A stretch of 64,000 bases of DNA from the human T2T-CHM13v2.0 reference genome, Homo sapiens: the NCBI RefSeq assembly GCF_009914755.1, contig NC_060926.1, one strand, 5' to 3'. Every line of letters begins with the position of its first letter. Positions within the stretch are counted from its first letter, which is position 1. A program made the translations under genes and the position numbers. Below the pieces are notes generated by a model. That model was not told the origin of the DNA. It did no database searches and was given only the letters and a program-made list of their open reading frames with translations. This document shows, piece by piece, positions 28,881 through 41,726 of this stretch.

Positions 28881-30149
28881 AGATACCTATTATCCAAAGA
28901 TGAGATATAATTAAGCTCTAAAGTAGCATGGCCTAGAGTAACTAACAGCTCAGAGTAAAGAAAATAAGTTGGATTGGAGGAAGCTTGGAAAAATGGGTTA
29001 GATTTAGACTAGCGGTAGATGGGGGCAAAAATCATTGAGGAACTGCAGAAAATGAGAGAGCAAGCACAGACAGGGTGTTCCCCTTTACAGGCCAGTTTTG
29101 ATGTAGGCCTGCCTAGAGTACAGGCAAGTTGACCATAGTGGGAAATTGGATTATTTTAAATGGGCAGAACCCGAGAACTGCACTGAGGCAAATCCAACTT
29201 ACAATGACTGGGAGGAGGGTGAAGAGCAATGTGTAAGTCTCGGGGCAGGAGAGGATGTAGTGACAGTGGAGTTTCAGGGAGCCTAAAGGGGCAAGGATGG
29301 CAGGATAACCGCAAAGAGAGTCAGGTCAGCCAGCTAGGGTGACATGGTGGTGACCTGGGAGTGTGGCAGCCGGAATCTGAGACTATTACGACATTTACAG
29401 GGAACAGGAAATGAGATTTAGTGACACTCGTGTGCACAATGTATACACATTGTGGAATATAAAAGTCTTAAATTAATGCTTATGTTCGATCAGGTATTTT
29501 GGTTTTAAGGAACAGAAATGCACTTAAGTTAAATCAAGTAATTAGAGATTTGTACACAAGCGTGGGAACACAGGAAAAGCCAAATAAACTAACAAAAGGA
29601 GGCTCCAGAGAGACGGTAACCAGAGAGTCCTCTGTAACCTAAACGGCTCTAGTAAGATGTTTGCTGTTTCATTTTAGTCCCTACCAATCACAGCCTTAAC
29701 TCCGCTCCATGTGTCTGAACAGCAGTCCTCTCACTTCTGACAAATTCCCTACCCTTTATAAATATATTTTCCATTCTTGATAGGTAATGAATGAATACTT
29801 TGCAAATATTAAATGAATGTTAAATGAATGTATTTTCTTTCCCCCTCAAATCCTATTCTTTGCAATTTTCCACCTTTCCACCTTTTTCCTGAATGTATTT
29901 TCTTTTCCCTTCCAAATCATATTCTTTGTAGGTTAAGCCATGAAACCCCCTTGTCCCTTGAGAAAATAATGGGCTTGAAAACCAGGCTTAGATGACAGGA
30001 GGAATTTTCAAAATCCCTTTTAGAATTTCAGGAACTAACTTGGATGAATCAGACCATAGAATTCCTCCTGAGGTATAGAGATGATACCCTTTCTATCTAA
30101 TATGGCTTAGTCACAAGGCTTAACTAGTGATGGTGAAAGGATGGTAAGA

Positions 30150-31110
30150 TGCAGGCGAAGACAAGGAAAACCCCACCCTTTCTAGCCTGAAGCACGGTGG
30201 GAAAAAGGAGAGAGGCAGAGATGGAAAGACTAACTTCCTCTTATCTCCCAACACCATCTCAAGGCCAAACTTCAAGGGCAGTGGGCAGCTTTAGGAACAT
30301 CCAGGTAATTTGGGGTACTGAAGTGGCATGAGCATTTCGCTCCATACCATGCCTGGGACTCTAGGAGGCAGTCACTTCCCATGTTGCCCTCTGCACCTCT
30401 GGGACGACTTCATCAAGTTGTCCACCTGGAGGTGCCATGTGGTGAGATAAACTTCCTGATGTTTTACTTTTTGGGTTGGCTTTTGGTGCTCCAGTGATGT
30501 AGATTCAATGTAGAGGAAACAGAGTTTGGGGAGTTCTATTTCTCAGTAAGCGTGTTTTGATGCTGTGACAGACAAATGGGAGGCACAACCCTTTAGGAAG
30601 GGTTATTAGCATCAGTAAAGTGCGGTGAGGCCACATGAGCCAGGGAAGGCCATCAGCCACCACCCAAGCTACGAGAGGCTAGATCGCAAGTGGTACCAGC
30701 CGCCAATTGTAGCTGCAAGTACCAGTGGGGCCAGCCATGAGCAGCTGTTCAAGGTCATGGCTGTGGAGACTAGAGGAGACAAAGAATATTAAATGGCATT
30801 TGGGCCTCTTTCCCCTCAAAGCCCACAAGATCATATAAGCTCCAATCTGCCCTATAGCCCCAGACATCACATTGACAGAGAAGGAAAAGAAATAAGATTC
30901 TAAAAAATTGAGTAATGCCTAAGAATGTCAAAATTATTGCTTCAAACTAAGAACTAGACTAAAGCATGTTATTTTGGTTTGTTCCTTTTGTTATCCAGTG
31001 GGTAGGGCTCATTAACAAGATTAAGGCTGTTCTAAATCAAATAAAGAAGCTATATTTTGTCTGCATAGTGGAATTGTAGTTTAAATAAATGTATAACCTC
31101 ATCGCCAGAG
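30150..31110 (+). mobile_element. Ancient LTR remnant (LTR78/79-like), boundaries uncertain
   Basis: The 3' end aataaagaagctatattttgtctgcatagtgg resembles these LTR U5 ends; family call is weak. Confidence 0.3.
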
Positions 31111-31526
31111 TGTATGTTTGCTCATAGTTTCCACTCCCCCTCACTTGAATATGATCCATCATGACATCCCAGCCAACTTCTCAATTGCTCTTTAAATCAT
31201 AACCTACAACTTCACTTTTTACTCTTAAGCATCTGGCTTGCTCATTATTTATTATTTCAAGGACTCCCCCAGCCAGAGAATCGGCTTGCCCCAAGTTGTT
31301 TTTCTGTGCCAGGCTGTATGGATTGAGATTTGAATTTTGGGTTAGGAAATAGGGAGACGGAGCTACACACAAAAGAACTTCCAAGGAAGCATCTAAAGGT
31401 AGATAAATTAATAGTCAATTCTTCACTAGTTTGCCTATGGTTAACGTTATGACCAAAGGAGAACTGGGAAAAATGCCTTGTCAAGATATTGAAAATGTTC
31501 TGTCTTGACAACACGTTGCTTCCCTT

Positions 31527-31603
31527 TAAACCTCTCCACTTATGTAATTCTTATAAACCTCTTCACTTATGTAATTCCTACAAACCTCTCCACTTATGTA
31601 ATT
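31527..31603. repeat. 27-bp tandem repeat, ~2.9 copies
   Basis: taaacctctccacttatgtaattctta / taaacctcttcacttatgtaattccta / caaacctctccacttatgtaatt. Confidence 0.95.
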
Positions 31604-33161
31604 GTGATGGAGTTTTTCTACTACCAGAAATAAGCTTAGGGAGTTCTGTAAGTTTCATCTCTTTTCCTTATATAGGGAACCAGGGAATCAGTCCATTCTT
31701 TCTCATGCAGAATTTTATTTTTATAACTACTCAGATATTATAGTTAATAAGATGTTGCCATTATAGAATAGAATGATTTTCCAAAGAATTTAAATATATT
31801 AAAAGAGATCAACTAAAACGACACCATGCTTGAAGATTCAGAAGATAGTTCAGAATTTTGCAGTCTCTCTGGGTTATAAATAGAGAAATCAGCTATCATT
31901 GTTCTTTCTATGTGCATCTGAGGGAGTTTTGGTTAATAGTCGAAGTCAGCTTATAATGTGTATCTCATGTTGCATTTGTTCTAAGTTTCATTCCACCCAA
32001 AAGCAAATTCAGGGTGTCCTGTGGTGCATTTCCTACCTCATAAACATCTTTATCAGGAACTCCACATGTTCACACAGCGGGGGTATTGAGGTTCATTTAA
32101 GGGGAACCAACTGGAAAGCCCATTTTAGGTGATGAAAACTTTAGCATGAGCACAGGCTGATTAGCTGATGGCAAAGCCACATGATGCCCCCAGGGGTGTT
32201 GGGAACGAGAGGTGGCTACTGGTTTACTTGAACGTCTACCATCAGCTGAGTTTAAACCTGCCTTTTTCCCAGTTTATGTGTCAGTGGCAAGAGGAGCATG
32301 CTGATATAAGGATTTTGTAGCTGGCATCCGGTTTAAACCCGGGCATTGTTCTCTACTCAGAAATATCATATGGGTTTACCCAAGGCCAAACCAAGAGACC
32401 AGTGGAAATGAGAAGGCACAGGAAGTCTTTTTTTCCAGCACCACTCCTTAGTGTCATATGTCAAAAAAATGCACTTCATTATCAGTATCTGTAATTGTTA
32501 AAAAACAGATCATGATAGAGCCAAATTATAAAGGAATGTAGCTTCAGTTACAGTTGCAGATAGAAGGCAGCATATCATCCTTTATCCTATTGCCACAGTG
32601 GCTCATTCATTCATTAATTTTCTTTCAACAAGTACTTGGTGAACATATACTATATGCCAGGCTTTTTGTAAATTGCTGGATTACAAGTCTTCCCAATTGG
32701 TTTTTCTAAATTCTAGAAGGAGTCTCTCTTACCTCAGATTTATTAGGATATTTGTTTGTTTGTGGGATTTTTGCTCCCGTCACAGCTCAAAATCTGAGGA
32801 GAGAAGTATGTACAGTGAGCAGTCCTGAGCAGAGAGTTCAGTAAGGGTTAATGAAGGCTGGGGGCATCTGAGACTACATAGCCAGATGTTCAACCAGAGA
32901 AGGATTAAGGGGTGAGGCTTCTGGGCATTTCCCCAAGCACCTAATCTATAAGGGGCACTAAACAGTACTAGACACAGAAAAGAAAGGACACAAGTTTTTG
33001 CAAGAATTCTCCTCATGGATTGCATTCTGTGTGGCTGGAAGGAACACTTGGACAAGAGAGTTGGATTGGGGCAGGGGCAGATGAAAGTTTTGATTTCCTG
33101 AGTGGGGCCCCCATGCTCAGTTAGAAGAACTGAGTTGCTCAGGAAAACAAAAGAAACTGAG

Positions 33162-33464
<303 letters not shown>

Positions 33465-35352
33465 AAAAGAAACTGAGGACTCCCTACATATCTTCCCTCT
33501 CAGCTTTTGCCGTTTGTAGTGCACAGTCTCTCTTCTAAGTTAAACAAGTGTTTAAAGAGTATTAAAAAATTGTAAATTAGCTATACAAGGTGCCTGATTC
33601 CATGTTTAACCATCTTCTTGCTTCTCTGGGATCTACCATTTGTGTGGCTTGAAAAGGAGGAAGGCAGAAAGCCACATGAGGGCTAGAGGGGTGTTTAGAC
33701 ATAGAGGAGAACTCTGGCCCAATTTCTACCCCTGCCCTTCTGCCTGCAAAGCAGAGCAGGCTTTTGAAAAATGTGATGTGAGTCAATGTGTCTTGACCAT
33801 CTCTCCTTTCTCCACTATGGCATCTCCCTTGCTCCAGGCACCCAGTGCAGTGGGTGTGAGCCCTGACAATTTAGAGTTCCCCAGGGTGGTTCCAGACATT
33901 CCGCTTGCCCACCCCTCATCACAATTTAATTGTTACCTGTTTGGTCCCTTAGGGCCTTACTAGGTGATTCTTACTAAAGCACTGGGTTCTAAAATAATGG
34001 TTGACTTTGGATCCATGTCTAACTTCTCCAGATAGAGACATAGAGTTCAAAAGCAAAGCATGAGAGATGGGTAGTTTATTTCAAAGGCATGCATCTATCA
34101 TGGTGGGCTCTGTGACAGATGGAGAGAGATTTAGGGGTGTGTGCATCTGTCAGTGGCATGCTCAAAACCACAGCACCTGTGTGGCAAAAGAAGTTCCCAT
34201 TCATGCCACAGGCCTCTTCCTTTAACCTCATTGGTTAAGTTCCAAGTGATTTTCAGCTGCAGTACAAACCAGAGGACATCAGGTTTTGTTAAATGTTCTT
34301 TCCCTGTTTTCCTTTTTAAACTTCTTCATCTGCTTACTGTAGCCCAGCATTTATTAGCAGGAGAGAATGGTTTTTCAGCCTCTTTTCATTTTAGGGGTAA
34401 TACATTAGTGAGCTTTTTCCTCTACTGTGAACAACAGGTGCATGGAAATCATAGTCGGGGAGAACAGGCAGCAGCAATCAGACTAATACACTCTGCGGGG
34501 AGGAGGAGCGCCAGGCACTTTAATTGACTCATGCATTTGGGATCTGAGACCATTTTAAAAGATCTCAGTCTGTAGTAGAACAGTCTGTCAGCTTTCATTT
34601 GGGATTTTAAAGTGAACTGGGGAATATTACCTAGGGAGAAGAATTTTGTAAATGTTTTACACTAGTTTCTTATGATCATACATTAGAATTCAAAATATAT
34701 TTCTTTAATCCTGTTGACAATTTTTCACTTGGAAAAGACTTGAGCAAAATAGCTCTTATGTGATTTCACTTGAACCAATAGGCCCCATTACCATTTGAAA
34801 TAAAAATCCCCTTGAATTTAAGCTTTTTTTCTTCACTGTGGTGATTCATTTTTTATTTCTAATGGTTAATCTTGATTCCTTCCATTTTATTTACCTTTTG
34901 TTTGTTCTCAAAATATTAAGAGTCATAGGCAACAACAGAAAGTGGAGCGTTTTATGCTTAATTCCTGATACAGAAATTTAGCAGAGTGTTTGGCTAAAGA
35001 GTTTCATGAGAAATAAACAGACACCTTTATGAACTGAGGTTTTCCATGAGCACATTCCCACATTGACCATCTCCTGGAGACAGGTAACATATCATTCTCT
35101 TCTGCATTTTTAAGAAAGTATGAGAGGCATTAGCAACTATTTGCTAAAAGCACAGAAGCAAAGACTCTAAGTGAAGACTGAGAAGTAAACAGTTTGGCTC
35201 CAATGTATTTACATGGATTATTTAGTTTTTTTTTTTTAAATGTACTAGTCTATCTTATCCTTATTCTCTAATAAGGTAAGAGATGAAAAATTGCACTAAT
35301 TATAACCATCAAATTTCAGTTTCTAAAAGAGACCTTAGAATAAGAAGGATCT

Positions 35353-35480
35353 AGCTAGGTGTGATGATATACACCTGTAGTCCAAGCTACTTAGGCTGAG
35401 GCGGGAAGATCCCTTGAGCCTGGAAGTTCCAGGCCAGTGTGGATAACATAGCAAGACCCTGTCTCAAAAAAAGAAAAAAG
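35353..35480 (+). mobile_element. FLAM_A-like Alu monomer
   Basis: Single monomer with A-tail; TSD taagaaggatct/taagatggatct. Confidence 0.85.
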
Positions 35481-35660
35481 AGTAAGATGGATCTGGCATT
35501 TACTGAATGCACAAAGAAAATAAAAATTCTATTATTCCAGGAATTTTTTAAAAATGAGTTTTTATTTGCTGCTGTCAAATGTGATTATGGAATTTGAAAC
35601 AGGGTGGAACTCGAAAGCAGATAATGTAACTGAATATGAACTATTGAAATGCACTGAGGT

Positions 35661-35968
35661 AGTTAGGAAGGATGAAAAAGACCTACTGTTTGATAGCATA
35701 ACAGAGTGACTATAGTCAATAATAATTGGACATTTAAAAATAACTAAAAGAGTATAATTGGACTGTTTGTAACTCAAAGGATTGCTTGAGGGCATGGATA
35801 CACCATTCTCCATGATGTGACTAATTCACAGAGCATGCCTGTATCAAAACATCTCAGGTACCCCAGAAATATATATACATGTACCCCATAAATATATATA
35901 TATGCACACACATAAACATTATATAAATAAATATATCTACTATGCACCCATAAAAATTAAAAAAAAAT
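35661..35968 (+). mobile_element. L1MA1-3 3'-end fragment
   Basis: gacctactgtttgatagcataacagagtgactatagtcaataataat...gcatgcctgtatcaaaacatctca...A-tail. Confidence 0.85.
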
Positions 35969-35988
35969 CATTGAGGGTCACTCTAGGA

Positions 35989-35991
<3 letters not shown>

Positions 35992-36033
<42 letters not shown>

Positions 36034-36034
36034 T
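35992..36034. repeat. (TG)n microsatellite
   Basis: Direct reading. Confidence 0.95.
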
Positions 36035-36328
36035 ATAATATCTTTCATTTCATAACAACGCAGTCTGTCAAACTTCCTTTTTTTATCCCATGGAATTTAT
36101 AAATTGGGAGGAGCATTTTGCATACTTCATAATTAAATTAACTTTGATAGTCATTTAAATCTTTCAGTGAGATCCTGGAAAAAGAAGAGGCTAGAGGGAC
36201 ACAATCTGACAGTGCTGTGCTGAGGGTATATTGAGGAATATCTGTTTTTTAGAATCTGAACTACCAGAGGAAATGACTAAAATGAATGAACAAATATTAC
36301 TTGGAGTGAAGATAAATAACAACTACAT

Positions 36329-36653
<325 letters not shown>

Positions 36654-36886
36654 CTACACTTTGCCAAACACAATGCTATTCATATACAACATTTCACTGA
36701 GTCTTCACCAGACCTTGAGAGTAGGGGCTCTCATTCCCATTCTGTGGAGGGATGCTGCCCAGCTGGCCTGGCACACATATCCTCTGCTGGGAAATCCAAT
36801 GCTGTCTGTCCTAACCCATGAGGCCTTCCCAGTAAATACCCTGCTACCCACAGTGGATAATTCTTCCAGCTACAAAAATATTTAGG

Positions 36887-37033
36887 TAGGGGTTGCCAGA
36901 ATTAGCAAATAAAAATAGAGAACACCCTTCATATGTCCCAAATATTATGTGGGACATACTTAGACTAAAAAAATTTGTTGTTTATCTGACAGTCAAATTC
37001 AACTGGTGTCCTGTATTTTATCTGGTAACTCTA
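36887..37033. mobile_element. MER53 MITE, internally deleted
   Basis: TIRs ggttgccaga...tctggtaactcta; centre tatgtcccaaatattatgtgggacatac. Confidence 0.85.
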
Positions 37034-37600
37034 GGTAAGGGAATAATGGGAACATGTCACCTGAAGGAAAAAGTAGGTAAGGAATTGGAACCCAACAATG
37101 AGTCTAAGGTCCAATAAACAGTGAGGAATGTTCCTAAGGAACAAAAGATGTACCTGACTTATTCTATCAAATGAAGCTGTAGTAGAAAGTATGATGGTGG
37201 CGATATCAAGATGTGGGTAAACTGGAAAGAAGTATACTTGGGGTAAGCTTTCAATAAACAGGGACACTATCGAGAGTTACTCTTACCTAGGAAGGAGTCA
37301 GTTATTATTCCTTGGAGTAAGGCCTACCATTCTATCCCTAGTGGCTAATGCCCTGGACACCAACAGTAGCCATTCATTATATGGGTATTGAATGACTGAA
37401 TTGGGAGAACAAACTTAGGAGTGACATTGGTTGCCATATATTAGCTCTGTCACTTTGATAAGGTTACTTAACATCTTTGGGCGTCAATGTCTTTATTTGT
37501 AGAATAGAATTAATATTATTGCCTTTTGCCCAATAAATGGCAGAAGTGGCTTGTCTTCTTCACTGTCGTCATCATCATCTTCATCATCATTATCTAGAGT

Positions 37601-37821
37601 AGGAACTGGTAAATGTTTTCTGTAAAGTCCCAGATAGTAAACATTGGAGGTTTGTTGGGCCATAATGTCTCAGTCCCAAGACTCAACTCTGCCATTATAG
37701 TCTGAAAACAGCGACAAACAATACATACAAGTATGAACATGGCTGTGTTCCAATAAAACTTTATTTACAAAAACAGGCATTGGGTCAGATTTGGCCTGAG
37801 GGCTGTAGTATGCCAATCCCT
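37601..37821 (+). mobile_element. MER58A
   Basis: ttttctgtaaagtcccagatagtaaa...ggctgtgttccaataaaactttatttacaaaaacagg...gccaatccctg. Confidence 0.85.
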
Positions 37822-38114
37822 GATTTAAAGCAGGGCTCCTCAATCACCTCACAAATCTCCTCATTACAGGGAAAGGATGGGAAAAGAAGAAAGGAGGTGC
37901 CCCTGGAACCGGTAGATAAGCTGGAGCACCTTTCTAGCAGGAGGTGTGTAGAAGCCCCCACACCAAGTGTAAAGAAGGTGGTAGAAGACTTGGGTGTCAA
38001 CTGTGTGTGGTGAATAACAATAGCCTTTTGGGAAGTCCTGATTTAGAAGAATAAGTAAGAAAGATGTAGCCTTTCTAACAAAACCTGGAGGGCAAGGGTT
38101 GGGTTTTACATACT

Positions 38115-38335
38115 TTCATAATAATACCTAACATACACTGGGTGCTCTGTTATGTGCTGGCTGCTGTGCTAAGCACTTTATATGCATTTTCTCATTTAGT
38201 ACACCCCAAATTCTCAAGGAACAGGTATATTAGATAAGGAAACTGAAATTTGGAAAGACTCGTGATCATGGTTATCCAGAGTTCAATTTCAAGCAGTCTG
38301 ACTCCAATGTCTGAATGCCTAACTCCCATACCATA
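38115..38335 (-). mobile_element. MIR
   Basis: tgtgctaagcactttatatgcattttctcattt...agataaggaaactga. Confidence 0.65.
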
Positions 38336-38869
38336 TTGCTTGTATCTTGTACAGGCCTAGCTCAGTACCATGTACAGGGCTGGATTCAGGACCATTCTAT
38401 AACCATTCGTAGAACAAGCAAATGGATGGATGGATGGAAGGATGGATAGGGCTTTGATTTCTAGGTAAATCATTATCCATACAGTAGCTACTTGACCTTT
38501 GGCAGAATTGTTAACATGTTTATAAATAATCTTATGAAGCTATAGATTAGGTTTTCCAGGGAATTTGAAGGATTTTAGCCACAGGATGTCTCACACATTA
38601 CCATAGTTTACTCGAAGTGGGAGGAATTTATCTTCTACAATTCAAATGTGGAGAATGGGGCATAGACAGATTATAGGCCTTCTTAATTGGAAAAAGTAAA
38701 TAGTGAAAAAGCTAATGCAGTGTTATTCCAAAGAAGGGGTTTTCTTTACCAGGTTTGATGGGACAATGTAACTATCTGTCACAAGCATTTTCACAATTTT
38801 GTGGTGACTTACAGCAAAATATTAGTAGCTGTGTTGAATAAAAGTCTGCATTTTTGAAAAAGTGCAAAA

Positions 38870-39130
38870 GGAGACCGAGGTGGGTGGATTACCTGAGGTC
38901 AGGAGTTCAAGACCAGCCTGCCCAACATGATGAAACCCCGTCTCTACTAAAAATACAAAAATTAGCTGGGCGCAGTGGCACACGTCTGTAGTTTCAGCTA
39001 CTGAGGCATGAGAATGGTTTGAACCTGGGGGAGGTTGCAATGAGCTTAGATGGTGCCACTGCACTCCAGCCTGGGTGACAGAGTGAGACCCTGTCTCAAG
39101 GAAAAGTAAATAAATGAATAAATAAAAAGA
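38870..39130 (+). mobile_element. 5'-truncated AluS
   Basis: Begins ~40 nt into the Alu (ggagaccgaggtgggtgg) and has small internal deletions; imperfect TSD gaaaaagtgcaa/gaaacagtgcaa. Confidence 0.9.
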
Positions 39131-39619
39131 AAGAAACAGTGCAAGAGGGAAAAATATAGCTTATAAATAATTGATAAATGCCTGGTTTACTTTTTCATGT
39201 TTTTGCTTTGTTGGTTATTTTGAGGTTTTTTTTTTTTTTTTTAAATCCTTGCAATGTGTAGAGAAAGAAGGAAGTGAGAGAAATTAATTAATGTATTTCT
39301 CTATGTTCCCTTGGAGAATCATGGGCTTTGCATATTGAAAGTCATTTTCCTCTGATAATATGAGATTGTGCTGAAATTTCTGTAGTGGGACATGGGAAAG
39401 AGTGAGGCTGAGAAAAAGCATGAAAACCATCCCAAAGCCAGTGACTTTTGAGAATCTGGTGTGTACTAAGGGCTTGCTGGGAGACTAGTTTTGCAGCTTT
39501 TTCACTGCCTTTTCCAGAAACATCTGCTGCTAGTATTTTAATTGGTTCTTCTCATCCCCATAAATAGTCAATGACTTCTACATGATGTTGAGCTAACAAA
39601 TCTTTTTCCCATTAAAAAT

Positions 39620-40370
39620 GTTTTAAACTACAATAAATACACAAAACATAAAACTTGCTATTTTAACCATTTTAAGTGTATATACAATTCAGTGGCATTA
39701 AATAAATTCACAGTGTTGTGAATTATCACCACCATCCATCTCCACAACTTCTTTTAATCTTGCAAAACTGAAACTCCGTACCCATTAGACTAAACTTCCC
39801 ATTCCCCTCTCTCCCTAGCCCCTGACAACCACTATTCTACTTCCTGTCTCTACTAGTTTGACTACTCAGATACTGTCTTAGTTCATTTTCTGTTGCTTAT
39901 AACAGAATACCCCAAACTGGGTAACTTATGAAGAATAGGAATTTATTTCTTACAATTCTGGAGGCCGGAAAGTCCAACATTGAAGGGTCGCATCTGGTGA
40001 GAGCCTTATTGCTGGTGGGGGCTCTCCCTGCTGAGTCCCAAGGCGGTGCAGGGTATCACATGGTGAGGGGCTGAGCATGCTAATGTGCTGGTTCGGGTCT
40101 CTTTTATAAAGCCACCAGTTTCCCTCTCAGGATAACACATTAATCCATTAGTCCATGAATGGATTATTCCATTCATAAGGGCAGAGCCCTCACCACCCAA
40201 TCACCTCTTAAAGGCCCTGCCTCTCAATATTGTTACATTGGGGATTAAGTTTCAACCTGAATTTTGCACGGGACATTCAAATCATAGCAGGTACCTCACA
40301 GAAGTGAAATAATACAGTATTTTTTTTTGTGACTGGCTTGTTCACTTCGCATAATGTCCTCAAGGATATA
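39620..40370 (-). mobile_element. L1MB 3' end interrupted by an MST LTR
   Basis: ttttaaccattttaagtgta...ttgcaaaactgaaactccgtacccatt...[LTR]...gtacctcacagaagtgaaataatacagtat. Confidence 0.8.
39874..40289 (-). mobile_element. MSTB2/MSTC-like solo LTR
   Basis: tgtcttagttcattttctgttgcttataacagaatac...ttcaaatcatagca; TSD gatac/ggtac. Confidence 0.85.
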
Positions 40371-41270
40371 CATCCTCAGAGCTGTCTTTCTTGACACTCC
40401 TAAGTGATAGCCCTCTAAAAGTATTCCCATAACATGATGAACTTCTCTTTTATACAATTTTTGAAAGTTGTGATATTTAAGTTAAAAATGGGTATTTAAC
40501 AGGCTGTGCAACTATGATGTCAAGGAAGGGTAGGGAATTCAGGCATAACCAACTCCAGCATTTCCAGCAATGTCCCAGGGCCTCTCTGCTGTGTCCTGTG
40601 TTGGTTTCTTTCTAAGCTAAGCATTCTGCTCATGGCGGAGATTGTGTTGTCCTCACAGCCAGCCATTTAAGCTTAAAAGGTCACAGGGTGATTTGTCATT
40701 TCTATGTGTGATGATGTTTCTAGTGTCTGCCTCCTTCCCTGGATGGCAAGGTCACTTTTTACCCTACATCCCTGGCACATTTCCTGGCATACAGTGAATG
40801 AATGGAAGGTTAACAAGACCTAAAAGATTCACGTGTGAGGAAAGGAGAGGAAGGAGACAAGACTAAACTGGGAGGCATGATGCCTTTAGGATGATCGCTT
40901 TCTGTGGAGAAGTTCCTGATTCTTTAAAATTAGAATGCATTTGATATAAACTACACAAAGGCAGATGGTTTCAAAATCAAAGCTTTGAGAAATTGAGACC
41001 TTATTTCAACAATTGCTGAAATAAGAAAAAGGTTCTTTTAAAATATACTTTATTTTAAAAACAGTTTTCCATTGTTAAACAATTGAGAACTGAGTGCAGA
41101 GCTCCCATCTACCCCACACCGAGATTCCCCATTATTAATATCTTATATTACACCATGGTACATTTGTTACAATTAATGATCCAGTAGTGGAAACATTATT
41201 ATTGACTACAGTCTATAGTTGATTCAGATGTCTTTGTTTTGTTTATTTACTTTTTTCTGTTCCAGGATCC

Positions 41271-41726
41271 AGTATTCATTTCCTATGACCGCTGTAAAAA
41301 TTTTTGACAAACTGGTGGCTTAAAAATAACAGAAATGTATTGTCTTACAGAGGCTAGAAGCCTAAAACCAAGGTGCCAGGAAGGCTATGCTCCCTCTGAA
41401 ACCTGTAGGAGAGCCCTTCCTTTTCACTTCCTAGCTTCTGGTGGCTGCTGGCAATCTTTGGTGTCCCAGGGCTTACAGCAACATATTTCCAATCCCTGCC
41501 TTCACCGTCAAATGGCCTTCTCCATGTATCTTCACATGGCCGTGAGATTCTTAGAAGGACGGCAGTCGTACTGGATTCAGGACCTACCCTATCTAGACTG
41601 CATCCCAACTTAACTAGTTACACTGCAATGACCTTATTTTCAATTAAGGTGGTATTCTGAAGTACTGGGAGCTAGAATGTCAACATATCTTTTTTTCTGA
41701 GAGGAGATGCAATTCAACCCATAACA
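41271..41726 (-). mobile_element. MLT1C solo LTR
   Basis: gtattcatttcctatg...aattcaacccataaca; TSD gatcc/gatct. Confidence 0.85.

Noticed and set aside
31527-31603. Direct repeats superficially like a CRISPR array
   Set aside because: Head-to-tail copies with no unique spacers, in eukaryotic DNA with no cas genes.
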